Assembly: GCA_965215505.1 (NCBI GenBank)
Contig: OZ244065.1
Coordinates: 3,712,001-3,776,000, forward strand
Length of the DNA stretch: 64,000 nt
Direction of reading: 5' to 3'
Origin: Capsulimonadaceae bacterium
GTDB taxonomy: Bacteria; Armatimonadota; Armatimonadia; Armatimonadales; Capsulimonadaceae
Positions 19,464 to 29,096 of this stretch are shown in pieces. A program made the position numbers and the translations under genes. Position 1 is the first letter of the stretch, and each line of letters starts with the position of its first letter. Below the pieces are notes generated by a model. The model was not told the origin of the DNA and ran no database searches. It worked only from the letters and a program-made list of their open reading frames with translations.

Positions 19464-20359
19464 AGCAGCAGTTCAACGAGAAGAACCGTGACCTGATCGT
19501 CAACATCAACGGGCGTCTCGTCCACCGGGACGCGGCGGGCGTCAGCCCGTTCGACTCGGTCGCCCAGGGCGGGGATGCCGTCTGGGAGGGCCTGCGGCTC
19601 TATCAAGGGCGCATCTTCAAGCTTCACGAACACCTGGACCGGCTGCGCGACTCGGCCCAGGCGCTGGCCTTTAGTGAAATCCCGACGCAGGGCGACATAG
19701 TCACCGAAATCAGCAGGACGCTGGCGGCCAACGGCATGACGGACGGCGTCCACATCCGACTGACCCTGACGCGGGGGGTGAAGACCACCTCGGGCATGGA
19801 CCCGCGCCTGAACACGTCCGGGCCGACCCTGATCGTCCTGGCCGAACACAAGCCGCCGGTCTACGACAAGACCGGGCTGTCGCTCATCACCAGCAGCGTC
19901 CGCCGGTCCGGGCCGGACTCGCTGGACCCGAAGATCCACCACAACAATCTCCTGACCTCCATCCTTGCCAAGATCGAGGCCAACCACGCCGGGGCGGACG
20001 ACGCTTTGATGCTGGACGGGCGCGGCTTCGTCGCCGAGACCAACGCCACGCACGTCTTTCTGGTGCATCGGGGCCGTGTGCAGACGCCCCACGCCGTCGC
20101 CTGCCCGGAGGGCATCACGCGGGCGACGGTGCTGGAGATCTGCGCCGCCGAGGGCATCCCTTGGGCCGAGGCGGACCTTTCGCTGGCCGAGTTCTACCGG
20201 GCTGACGAGATGTTCTGCACCGGCACGATGGGCGAGCTTGCCGCCGTCACGCATCTCGACGGGCGCACCATCGGCAGCGGGGAGGCTGGGCCGATGACGG
20301 GCCGCCTCAGCGCCCTGTTCGCCGAGCGCACGGCGGCGGAAGGGGTTGCCGTGGTTTAA
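19460..20359 (+). CDS. Class IV PLP-dependent aminotransferase (branched-chain/D-amino acid type)
   Basis: GDAVWEGLR, KIHHNN, EGITR, GTMGE; ATGA overlap with the upstream gene. Confidence 0.88.
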   Translation: MKQQFNEKNRDLIVNINGRLVHRDAAGVSPFDSVAQGGDAVWEGLRLYQGRIFKLHEHLDRLRDSAQALAFSEIPTQGDIVTEISRTLAANGMTDGVHIRLTLTRGVKTTSGMDPRLNTSGPTLIVLAEHKPPVYDKTGLSLITSSVRRSGPDSLDPKIHHNNLLTSILAKIEANHAGADDALMLDGRGFVAETNATHVFLVHRGRVQTPHAVACPEGITRATVLEICAAEGIPWAEADLSLAEFYRADEMFCTGTMGELAAVTHLDGRTIGSGEAGPMTGRLSALFAERTAAEGVAVV

Positions 20360-20396
20360 CGGGAGGCGCGGGAGCGGAAGGGATTGAATGACGCCC

Positions 20397-20422
20397 GTAG
20401 GGGCGGGGTCCCCCCGCCCTCC
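20397..20422 (+). repeat. GTAG-type REP
   Basis: GTAGGGGCGGGGTCCCCCCGCCCTCC, identical to 26997-27022. Confidence 0.75.
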
Positions 20423-20444
20423 TTGACCGATAGGAGCATCACAC

Positions 20445-21077
20445 ATGTCTGAATTCTCTTCCGAAGTCTTTCTCCTCCTGCACGGCTGGGGCGGCAACAA
20501 GCCCGCTCACTGGCAGGAACACCTCGCCGCCAAGCTCACCGAGGCCGGGGCGGACGTCCGCTACCCGAAGATGCCTGAGCCGATGAACCCGGAGCCGGGG
20601 GCATGGATGGAGGCCTTGCACGCGGCCCTCGAAGCGATCCCCGGCGACGCCACCCTGACCGTCCTGGCGCACTCGCTGGGGGCGATCAACTGGATGCACC
20701 ACGCCTCCATGTCCGAGGAGTCGTCGGAGCCGCACGTCGGCCCTCGGGCGGACCGCGTCCTGCTGGTCGCCCCGCCCTATGTCATCCGCGAGATCCCGCC
20801 GCTCGACGCGCCGACCGGGGCGGCCGACTTCTTCCCCCCGCCGCTTTCCAAAGCAGGCATCGCCTCCCTCGCGCACCAGACGGTGCTGGTCGCCTCGGAC
20901 ACCGACGACTATGCGACCTTCGACCAGGCATCGGCCTACGCCGCCGGGCTGGGCATAGACATCCAGAAGCTGCCCGGCGGCGGCCACATCTCGCCGTACT
21001 ACGGCTACGGCGAGTGGCCCTGGGTGCTGGACTGGGCCATGCGCCGTGCCGACCTGCCGCCGCTGCCGAACAAGTAG
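20445..21077 (+). CDS. RBBP9/YdeN-family alpha/beta hydrolase
   Basis: LLHGWGG, HW, AHSLG nucleophile elbow, SDTDDY, GGHI. Confidence 0.85.
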   Translation: MSEFSSEVFLLLHGWGGNKPAHWQEHLAAKLTEAGADVRYPKMPEPMNPEPGAWMEALHAALEAIPGDATLTVLAHSLGAINWMHHASMSEESSEPHVGPRADRVLLVAPPYVIREIPPLDAPTGAADFFPPPLSKAGIASLAHQTVLVASDTDDYATFDQASAYAAGLGIDIQKLPGGGHISPYYGYGEWPWVLDWAMRRADLPPLPNK

Positions 21078-21236
21078 CCTGATCCTAACCCCCGGTTTGT
21101 GAGGGAACACGGGTGATTTCAATCACTCGTCGCGTGCCGACGGCGGGGCATCTCGCCCATGCCCGTGTGCTATAATACCGAATAGAGGGGCGGCGTGGAC
21201 GCCGCCCCCCGAGCAGCACCGGCACGGAGACAGTTC

Positions 21237-23897
21237 ATGCCCGCTTTGCCGACCGAAACCCGAACCTTCCTGTTTACGGACATTCAGGGCAGCACGCGCC
21301 TGTGGGAGCGTCACCCGGAGGCCATGCGGCTGGCACTGGCCCGCCACGATGCCCTGCTGCGGGAGAGCATCGAGGCGCACGGCGGGCACGTCTTCAAGAC
21401 CGGCGGGGACTCCTTCCACGCCGCCTTCGCCCAGCCCCGCGCGGCACTCGCCGCCGCGCTGGCCGCCCAGACCGCCCTGCGCGCCGAACCCTGGCCGCTG
21501 CCCCCAGGCGCGATGCTCCTCGTCCGCGCCGCCCTGCACGTCGGCGTCGCCGAGGAGCGCGGCGGTGACTATTTCGGTGCCCCCCTCAGCCGCACCGTGC
21601 GCCTGCTGAATGCCGCGCACGGCGGCCAGACCCTCGTCTCCCAGGCACTGGCCGCCCAGGCGGACGGGGCGCTGGCCCCGGAGGCCGCCCTGCGCTCGCT
21701 GGGCCACCACCGCCTGAAGGACCTGGCCGAGCCGCAGGAGGTCTTCCAGCTCACCCACCCCGATCTGCCCGACGCCTTCCCGCCCCTGCGCTCGCTCGAA
21801 TCCTTCACCCACAACCTGCCCTCCCAGCTCTCCAGCTTCATCGGGCGCACGCAGGAAGTCGCCGACGCCCGGCGTCTGCTGGCGGGGACGCGGCTGCTGA
21901 CGCTGACCGGCACGGGCGGGGCGGGCAAGACGCGGCTGGCCTTGCAGGTGGCCGCCGAGGTGATCGAGGAGTACCCCGGCGGCGTGTGGCTCATAGACCT
22001 GGCCCCGCTGACCGACCCCGCTCTCCTGCCCCAGGCTGTGGCCTCGGTTCTGGGAATCGGTGAGGAGGGCGGGGAGCGGACTCTGGTGCAGACCTTGACG
22101 GACGCCCTGCGCCCGAAGTCGGTGCTGCTGGTTTGGGACAACTGCGAGCATCTGATCCTCGCCTGCGCGCGTCTGGCGGAGACCCTGCTGCGGGCCTGCC
22201 CCGGCCTGCGCCTGCTGGCGACCAGCCGGGAGGCTCTGGAAGTCGGCGGCGAGTCCGTCCTTGCCGTCTCCTCGCTCGCCCTGCCGCCCGGCCCCTCGGC
22301 GGGCGGGCGGGCCGCCACCGCCGAAGCCGTGGCCGGCTGCGACTCGGTGCGGCTGTTCGTGGACCGGGCGGCGGCGGCCCTGCCCGCCTTCCGCCTGAGC
22401 GACGCCAACGCCGCCGCCGTGGCCCAGGTCTGCGCCCGGCTCGACGGCATCCCCCTGGCCCTGGAGCTGGCCGCCGCCCGCGTGCGCGTCCTGACCCCCG
22501 AGCAGATCGCCGCCCGCCTCGACGACCGCTTCCGCCTGCTGGCGGGCGGATCGCGGACCGCCCTGCCCCGCCAGCAGACGTTGCGCGCCCTGATTGACTG
22601 GTCCTATGACCTGCTGCCGCCGCCCGAGCAGGCGCTGCTGCGCCGCCTGTCCGTGTTCGCCGGGGGCTGGCCCTTGGAGGCCGCCGAGGCGGTGTGCGTC
22701 GGTGAAGATGTGGAAGACTGGGAGGTCCTGGACCTGCTCTCCCGCCTGGTGGCGAAGTCGCTGGTGGTGGTGGAACCCCCCGAGGCGGGGCGGGTGCGCT
22801 ACCGGCTGCTTGAGAACCTGCGCTCGTATGCGCGCGAGCGGCTGGCGGAGACGGGGGAGGGGGGCGCTCTGGCGGGGCGTCACGCCGACTGGTTCCTGGC
22901 CTTCGCGGAGGAGGCGGAGCCGCGCCTGTCGGGGCCGGAGCAGGCGTCGTGGCTGGACCGGCTGGAGCGGGACCACGACAACCTGCGCGCCGCCCTCGCC
23001 TTCAGCCATGACGACGCGGGCGGCGTCGAGGCCGGCCTGCGCCTGGCGGGGTCCTTGTGGAAGTTCTGGTGGATGCGCGGCTACTTCAGCGAAGGCCGGG
23101 CATATTTAGGGCGGGCGCTGGCACTGCGTGGGGATAGTGCCCCCTCGCTCCGCGCCAAAGCGTTAAGCCGAATGGGGATACTCGCGGAAGCGCAGGGCGA
23201 TTACGCGGCGGCGACTGCCAGCTACGAGGAAGGCCTGGGCATCCACAGAGGTCTTGGAGACACATTGAGCGTCGCCTCGATACTGACCAACCTGGGCAAT
23301 GTCGCCTCGTCTCAGGAAGATTGGGCGAGCGCGCAGGACTACTATGAGCAAAGCCTTGTCGTTTTCCGCGCCCAGGCGGACGAGAAACGGACGGCGATTC
23401 TCCTGATGAACGTCGGCATCGTGGCGACTCATCGGCAGGAGTATGCCGAGGCCCATTCTCTGTATGAAGAAAGCCTTGAAATCTTCCGCAGACGCCAGGA
23501 CCTCGGTCCGCTTTCCTCTGTGCTGCTGAACCTAGGCGATCTCGCCTGCAATCAAAAGGAATATGCATCGGCCCGCGCTTATCTGTTTGAGGGGCTTAAG
23601 ATCGCAGAAAAGATCGGTGAGAAAGAGTGTATCGCCTCAATCTTGACGACGCTCGGGTATACTGCATGGCCTCTGGGCCAGTATGAACAGGCAGCCAAGC
23701 TGTTCGGAGCCGCCGCCGCAATACGCGCATCCGCAGGTTCCTCGCTTGCGCCGCGTAATCAGTCGTCCTTTGAGGAGAACATCGCCACCGTCCGGGCGAA
23801 ACTCGGTGAGGAAAAGTTTCGGACCGCATGGAAGCAGGGGGAAGGAGCCAAACTGAGGCAGATCGTTAATGAACTGCTCTCAACCCAGGACAGGTAA
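21237..23897 (+). CDS. Adenylate/guanylate cyclase domain + STAND (NB-ARC-like) ATPase + TPR protein
   Basis: FLFTDIQGST, GDSF, DYFG cyclase motifs; GTGGAGKTRLA, WDNCEH, LDGIPLALELAA; C-terminal TPR-like repeats. Confidence 0.9.
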   Translation: MPALPTETRTFLFTDIQGSTRLWERHPEAMRLALARHDALLRESIEAHGGHVFKTGGDSFHAAFAQPRAALAAALAAQTALRAEPWPLPPGAMLLVRAALHVGVAEERGGDYFGAPLSRTVRLLNAAHGGQTLVSQALAAQADGALAPEAALRSLGHHRLKDLAEPQEVFQLTHPDLPDAFPPLRSLESFTHNLPSQLSSFIGRTQEVADARRLLAGTRLLTLTGTGGAGKTRLALQVAAEVIEEYPGGVWLIDLAPLTDPALLPQAVASVLGIGEEGGERTLVQTLTDALRPKSVLLVWDNCEHLILACARLAETLLRACPGLRLLATSREALEVGGESVLAVSSLALPPGPSAGGRAATAEAVAGCDSVRLFVDRAAAALPAFRLSDANAAAVAQVCARLDGIPLALELAAARVRVLTPEQIAARLDDRFRLLAGGSRTALPRQQTLRALIDWSYDLLPPPEQALLRRLSVFAGGWPLEAAEAVCVGEDVEDWEVLDLLSRLVAKSLVVVEPPEAGRVRYRLLENLRSYARERLAETGEGGALAGRHADWFLAFAEEAEPRLSGPEQASWLDRLERDHDNLRAALAFSHDDAGGVEAGLRLAGSLWKFWWMRGYFSEGRAYLGRALALRGDSAPSLRAKALSRMGILAEAQGDYAAATASYEEGLGIHRGLGDTLSVASILTNLGNVASSQEDWASAQDYYEQSLVVFRAQADEKRTAILLMNVGIVATHRQEYAEAHSLYEESLEIFRRRQDLGPLSSVLLNLGDLACNQKEYASARAYLFEGLKIAEKIGEKECIASILTTLGYTAWPLGQYEQAAKLFGAAAAIRASAGSSLAPRNQSSFEENIATVRAKLGEEKFRTAWKQGEGAKLRQIVNELLSTQDR

Positions 23898-23954
23898 GTA
23901 CGTTGCAAGTCACGAACACCCATCAACCGCAGTAAGACTTCAAAGGAGATTATC

Positions 23955-24500
23955 ATGTCCGACCCTCAGCAGCCTACCACAGTGCCCGCCCCCGGCCCAC
24001 CCCCTACAGACCCGCCGCCCGGCGTCACGATGCACTGGCCGGTCGAGGGGGCCGACATCATTGTCGGTACTCCGGCCCCCGACAATGTCCGCCGCCGCAA
24101 GCTGTCCGTGGTCCCGGTGACCTTCAAGATCAAGCTCGACCCGAAGCTGAAACTGAGCGAGGTCGTGGTCCTCTCGCTGCTCTACGTCGTCAACGGGTCC
24201 CTGGACTACTCGGGGCTGTTCTCGCAGGTGGAGATCAACAGCCACAGCACCGTCACCTTCCCGCCCGGCGTGACGGAGGCCGAGGTCGTCCTGCACACGC
24301 TGCCGCTGGCCCCCGGCGCGACGTTCGATCTGGAGGTGGTCGCCTACCCGGCCAGCGCCGAAGGCGTCATCGCCCTCCCGCCGGGGCAGGCGGACGCCGA
24401 GGACAAGAGCCTGAAGGCGCTCAACGCACTCGCGACCACTGCCCTGGTGACCGCCCTCGGCGCACTGGCCTTCGCCCTGCTGCGGCGGCCGAAAGACTGA
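23955..24500 (+). CDS. Hypothetical protein with C-terminal membrane anchor
   Basis: Strong RBS AAGGAG; beta-rich core; hydrophobic tail ending RRPKD. Confidence 0.7.
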   Translation: MSDPQQPTTVPAPGPPPTDPPPGVTMHWPVEGADIIVGTPAPDNVRRRKLSVVPVTFKIKLDPKLKLSEVVVLSLLYVVNGSLDYSGLFSQVEINSHSTVTFPPGVTEAEVVLHTLPLAPGATFDLEVVAYPASAEGVIALPPGQADAEDKSLKALNALATTALVTALGALAFALLRRPKD

Positions 24501-24527
24501 GCGGACGGGAGACGGATGCGACACGGG

Positions 24528-24559
24528 AACGCCCCGGCCTTGTGGAAGGCCGGGCGTTT
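24528..24559. terminator. Hairpin between convergent genes (possible terminator)
   Basis: AACGCCCCGGCCTT-GTGG-AAGGCCGGGCGTT stem. Confidence 0.5.
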
Positions 24560-24782
24560 GCCGTCAAGAAGGAGTGTGCCGGCCCATCAGTGCTGCGGAG
24601 GGGCGAAGCCGAGGAAAAAGAGGGCGAGGGGGGAAGGAGGGTTGGCGGACCCGGCCCCTACAGGGACGGCATCATTCGGGCCGCGTAGGGGTGCCGCTTG
24701 CCGCGCCCTTTTCTCTTGCCGCGCCCTTTTCTCTTGCCGCGCCCTTCCGTTTGTGTCGGCTTCTCCTGCCTGGAAATAGCCC

Positions 24783-26927
24783 TCACGGGTCCACGGTGAA
24801 CAGGCCGACGCGCGCCCAGCCCTCTTTCCCGATGGGCGCGAGCGGCGCGTCGCTGTCCAAAAGGCCCGTCCGCAGGTCGCGCAGGAGGGGACGCTTGCCG
24901 CTCTTCCAGACCGTCACGGCCTCGACGGCGGGCGGGGCAAGGACCAGCAGCAAAAGCTGGTCGGTCGCCCGGCAGACCAGCGGCAGCCAGTCCGCCCACC
25001 GCTCGCCCGGCGCGTCCCCGCCGGCGGGCTGGACGCGCAGGCCCGGCGCGGCGGCGGGGTCGGGGGCGAAGACGCGCCAGCCCAGCGTCACGGCGGGGGC
25101 GTCGAAATCGAGCTTCGACTCGGGCGCAAGCCCGGCCAGGGCGACGAGGGCCGACTGGTGGGCGGCGATCGACCGCCAGTTCGCCGCGCGTGAGGCTTGC
25201 GGCACCTGTCCCAAGGCGGCGAAGGCGCAGCGCAGGTAGGAAACGTCGCGGGTCAGCCCGAACAGGCCGAAAGCCGCCTGGGCGCAGTCGTACAGACCGG
25301 CGTGCAGGCCGTCCGGGCTGAGGGAGGGGAGGTCCGGGCGGAGCGGCAGCAGGCGCAGCCACGCCCCCCACTCGGCCAGGGCGTCCCGCAGGCGCGGGTT
25401 CGGGGCCTCGGCGTCCAGGGCCAGCAGGGACAGGACGACGCCCGCGACGGCGGCGGGGGGCTGCGCGTCGAACTCGCGCAGCCGCCCGGCCAGCAGGAAG
25501 TCAGCGGCCTTCCAGGCGGCCTTGATCCAGACCTCGACGTGCGTCGCCCGGTAGGCCAGCACGAAGGCGCGGATCGCCTCGGCCCCGTCTAAAGCGCAGG
25601 GCTGCGGCAGGGCGCGGCCGTCGCCTTCCAGCCCGCGCGTCGCCCGGAAGCGCGCGCCGTCGTAGAAGCCCGCCTCGTTCTGCTTCAGCAGGAGCCACTG
25701 GCAGATGTTTAAAGCAGACTGACGCAGCAGCGGCTCGCGGGTCTCCTCGTGCAGCAGGAACAGGGACCGGGCCAGGCGGGCATTGGAGGAAAGCCCGTGC
25801 GTCTGGCCGTCCGCGAAGTCGGTGCCGACTCCGGCCGTCAGTTTGTCCCAGAACGCTCCTTTATTCGGCTCCGCCTCCTCCCCCCGGCCCATCACCTGGA
25901 AGTCGGCGCACAGGCCGCGCGACCCGAAGCGGACCAGGCGCGGGATGCCCGGCGTGTCGTGCAGGCGGTTCCAGTCCCAGAAGGCTTTCAAAGCCCCCGC
26001 CGGCTCGTGCGGGAAGCCCGCGAAGTGGCTGCCCTCCTCACCGGCCACCGGCGGCTTGAGGTACAGCCGCTCCATGCCCTGCACGTCGTAGGCCTCGGGC
26101 GCGGTCAGCCGCATCAGGGCGTCGGCCGGGTCGAGCGGCGTGACCGTCTCCAAGGGGTGCAGGGTCGCCCAGCCCGCGCACTGCTTCACCAGAGCGGCGC
26201 GCGCCTCGCCCGCCAATTTGGCCGCCCCGAAACGCAGGCCGAAGGCGATCAGCTTGCCGCCGCCGAACGGAAAGGCGGGATAGTCTATCGTCCACCCGCC
26301 TGCCTCGCTCCAGGAGGCCGCGCCGTCCCCCCCCGTCACCAGGCCGAGGCAGTGCGCGCTGTAGGCCGACCAGGCGCTCCCTGCACTGTACCCGGCATCG
26401 GGGGAACTGACATTGGGGGGGGCGGGGAGCGTCCACAACTCGGGCCGGAACAGCGGCGAGGCCAGCTCGATCCGCAGCGCCCCGCTCCGGCGCGGGGTCG
26501 TCCGCACGCGCATCTCCACCCGGAACGCGCCCTCGTCGCCGGGCTGGGGCAGCCAGCGCATCTCCCAGGCGAGGGTGCCGCCGTCCGCCCCCAGCCGCCG
26601 CTCGCCGCCCAGGCCGAGCTGCCCGCCCCGGCGTGACTCGTGCCAGTCGATGGTCAGCGGGTAGGCCTCGCCCTTGACGGTGACGGTGGCGAGGGGCCGC
26701 AGGACGCCGGTTTCGAGCAGGGGGGCGGTGACTTTTGCCCCGCCCCGGCTGCGGGCGGCGACGGCGAGCTGCCAGGTCGGGCGCAGGCCGTTCCCGCCCA
26801 GGGTGAAGGCGGCCCACAGGCTGCTCTTCCGGCCCAGCCGGTAGAGGACGGGCGCGTCGGGACCGGGCAGGGCGGGGGTGGGCAGGGCGGTCGTCATGGG
26901 TTTGGCGGGGGGTGTGGTTTCGGTCAT
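24783..26927 (-). CDS. Large hypothetical protein
   Basis: 714-aa ORF with host-like codon bias; the helical C-terminal half might be an alpha/alpha toroid. Confidence 0.7.
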   Translation of the reverse strand: MTETTPPAKPMTTALPTPALPGPDAPVLYRLGRKSSLWAAFTLGGNGLRPTWQLAVAARSRGGAKVTAPLLETGVLRPLATVTVKGEAYPLTIDWHESRRGGQLGLGGERRLGADGGTLAWEMRWLPQPGDEGAFRVEMRVRTTPRRSGALRIELASPLFRPELWTLPAPPNVSSPDAGYSAGSAWSAYSAHCLGLVTGGDGAASWSEAGGWTIDYPAFPFGGGKLIAFGLRFGAAKLAGEARAALVKQCAGWATLHPLETVTPLDPADALMRLTAPEAYDVQGMERLYLKPPVAGEEGSHFAGFPHEPAGALKAFWDWNRLHDTPGIPRLVRFGSRGLCADFQVMGRGEEAEPNKGAFWDKLTAGVGTDFADGQTHGLSSNARLARSLFLLHEETREPLLRQSALNICQWLLLKQNEAGFYDGARFRATRGLEGDGRALPQPCALDGAEAIRAFVLAYRATHVEVWIKAAWKAADFLLAGRLREFDAQPPAAVAGVVLSLLALDAEAPNPRLRDALAEWGAWLRLLPLRPDLPSLSPDGLHAGLYDCAQAAFGLFGLTRDVSYLRCAFAALGQVPQASRAANWRSIAAHQSALVALAGLAPESKLDFDAPAVTLGWRVFAPDPAAAPGLRVQPAGGDAPGERWADWLPLVCRATDQLLLLVLAPPAVEAVTVWKSGKRPLLRDLRTGLLDSDAPLAPIGKEGWARVGLFTVDP

Positions 26928-26953
26928 GGTGTTGATGATGCCCGACCGGTGCG

Positions 26954-27022
26954 GGAGGGCGGGGGGACCCCGCCCCTACGGGCATTATTTGTCGGCGTAG
27001 GGGCGGGGTCCCCCCGCCCTCC
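26954..27022. repeat. Inverted GTAG-REP doublet
   Basis: 26954-26979 is the reverse complement of 26997-27022. Confidence 0.8.
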
Positions 27023-27061
27023 TACTTCATCATTCCTTTGCCCGCTTGTGCGGCTGATCGC

Positions 27062-27913
27062 CTACGCCGCCGCCGCGGCATAGGACTCGATCTCCAGGCG
27101 CTTGAAGACCAGGGCTTCCAGCAGCTCGGCCAGGGCCGCTTCGTTCAGGCTGAAATACTCCAAGATCACCGGGTCCATCTCGCGCATCAGGCAGTCCCCG
27201 CCGCTGCCGATGTTCGAGCGGTGGGCCAGGACGTTCGCCAGGTAGACGATGGCGGCCAGGTCGAAGGAGGTCTGCGCCCGCGTCGGGTGGTGGTGGAACT
27301 CGACCGCCTCGACGACCGGGGCGGGCAGTCCCCACCTCCCCAGCACCCACGCGCCGAGGGCCGGGTGGGACAGCCCCAAGACCTTCTTCTCGGCGTCGTA
27401 CATCGCCAGCCCCTCGCCGCGCACCGCGCCCATGATCTCGCCCAGCCCCTGCGGGATGAAGCGGGCCAGGATGATCTTGCCGAGGTCGTGCAGCAGGGCC
27501 GCCGTGAAGGCCTTCTCGGACTGCGGGTAGCGGGCGCGCTTGGCGATCAGCTTGGCGGCCGTCGCGGTCGTGACCGAGTGCTTCCACAAAGCGTTCAGGT
27601 CGAAGCCGGTCCCCTGGATGCGGAACATGTCGAAGACGGCGGCGGCCAGCAGCGCGTTCTTGAGGGTCGCGAAGCCGAGCAGCGTGACCGCCTGCGGGAT
27701 GTTGGCGATCTTCTGCCGGAACCCGTAGTAGGAGGAGTTGGCGAGTTTGAGGACCTTGGCGGCCATGGCCGGGTCCGACTGGATGACGCGGGCGAGGTCC
27801 GAGGCGGAGCAGAACGGGTCCTCGATCATCTGCATGACGCGCAGGACGCTTGCGGGCAGCGTGGGCACGTCGGAGATGCGGGACAGCAGGCTTTCCAGGT
27901 ACGGGTTCTTCAT
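27062..27913 (-). CDS. HDOD domain protein
   Basis: PTLP, SDPAMAAKVLKLANSSYYG, LWKHS, LLHDLGK, FHHHP. Confidence 0.92.
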   Translation of the reverse strand: MKNPYLESLLSRISDVPTLPASVLRVMQMIEDPFCSASDLARVIQSDPAMAAKVLKLANSSYYGFRQKIANIPQAVTLLGFATLKNALLAAAVFDMFRIQGTGFDLNALWKHSVTTATAAKLIAKRARYPQSEKAFTAALLHDLGKIILARFIPQGLGEIMGAVRGEGLAMYDAEKKVLGLSHPALGAWVLGRWGLPAPVVEAVEFHHHPTRAQTSFDLAAIVYLANVLAHRSNIGSGGDCLMREMDPVILEYFSLNEAALAELLEALVFKRLEIESYAAAAA

Positions 27914-28116
27914 GGTATTGCTTTTCGCGTTTTCTTCATTGAGCGGTCACGCCCGCATCAACGTATGGAAACTCCAGGGTGTGGAGAGGGTGGTCAGATA
28001 CCCTGGATTATCGGCGCGCGGGAGGGGGGGCCGTATCGGGAAGAATACGGGGGTTGGTGTGGGTTCCGCCGGACTTGAAGAGAAGGGAGGAAAGGCGAGT
28101 AGGAAGGGCGAACACG

Positions 28117-28329
28117 GGAAGGGCGAACGGGACAGGAAGGGCGAACGGGACAGGAAGGGCGAACGGGACAGGAAGGGCGAACGGGACAGGAAGGGCGAAC
28201 GGGACAGGAAGGGCGAACGGGACAGGAAGGGCGAACGGGACAGGAAGGGCGAACACAAGGTTCGCCCCTACGGGGCAGACGGACAGGACGTTTGGACGGA
28301 TGTAGGGCGCGAACCTTGTGTTCGCCCTT
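28117..28329. repeat. 18-bp tandem array (7 perfect copies of GGAAGGGCGAACGGGACA) abutting a GTAG-REP doublet
   Basis: Units at 28117-28242; REP arms at 28245-28271 and 28302-28329. Confidence 0.85.
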
Positions 28330-28418
28330 CCCGTCCTGTCGGCTCCCCCGTCGCCCAGGCTCCCCTGCCTTAGAGCAGCCACGCCCGAGCCGGCGCCGAT
28401 GCAGAAAGGCAAGCTCTA

Positions 28419-28755
28419 ATGACAAAAAACTCAGTGACCTTTGAAGCGTCGGGCGGGAACGTGTTCGCCGACTTCGACATACCGGACGCCGACGAGCATC
28501 TTGTCAAGGCGGACCTCGCCTTCCACATCCGCCAAGCCCTTCAGGAGCGCGGGCTGACGCAGACGGAGGCCGCCAGGCTGCTCGGGACCAGTCAGGCCCG
28601 CATCTCAGAATCTCTGCAACGGCCGGGTGGCTCGGATGACGTATGACCGCCTCCTGGTCTGGCTGAACGTCTTGGGGAACGACGTGCGAATCACCGTCGT
28701 CACGACCGGCGCGGACGAGCGGCGTGCGCGTGGCAAAACGCTCCTCAGCGTGTGA
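28419..28755 (+). pseudogene. XRE-type HTH antitoxin-like gene with a frameshift near 28609
   Basis: SGGNVFADF...RGLTQTEAARLLGTSQARIS continues as LCNGRVARMTYDRLLVWLNVLGNDVRITV in the next frame. Confidence 0.7.
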
Positions 28756-29096
28756 CTGTCCTTCTCACATGATGGAGGCGCAGACAAAAGCCGCCGGAAC
28801 CACATTAGGTTCCGACGGCTGACGGGCGATATACCTCCTAGTGGGTACGGCAGAATGCCTTGTGTGTGCCCCATGCTTTCAGGCATGGTGGCTAAATGAT
28901 ACAGCCATTTCCGGAAGCATCTGCCATACCAGTTGCGATATATGGATCATCCCCAGCACTTTGACACGCATCCACCTGAACATAGTTATAGGGTGGTAAG
29001 TGCCATTTTACTCCCAGGGCTGCGCTTTCATCGGGTGAAGATAGTTTAACCTACTTCGGAACAACTACTTATGAATTGGGTGTTTCTCGCAGAGCG

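Noticed and set aside
28117-28242. CRISPR array or KGERDR/CPVRPS repeat proteins
   Set aside because: Spacerless tandem repeat; ORFs open in all frames are a by-product of the 18-bp unit
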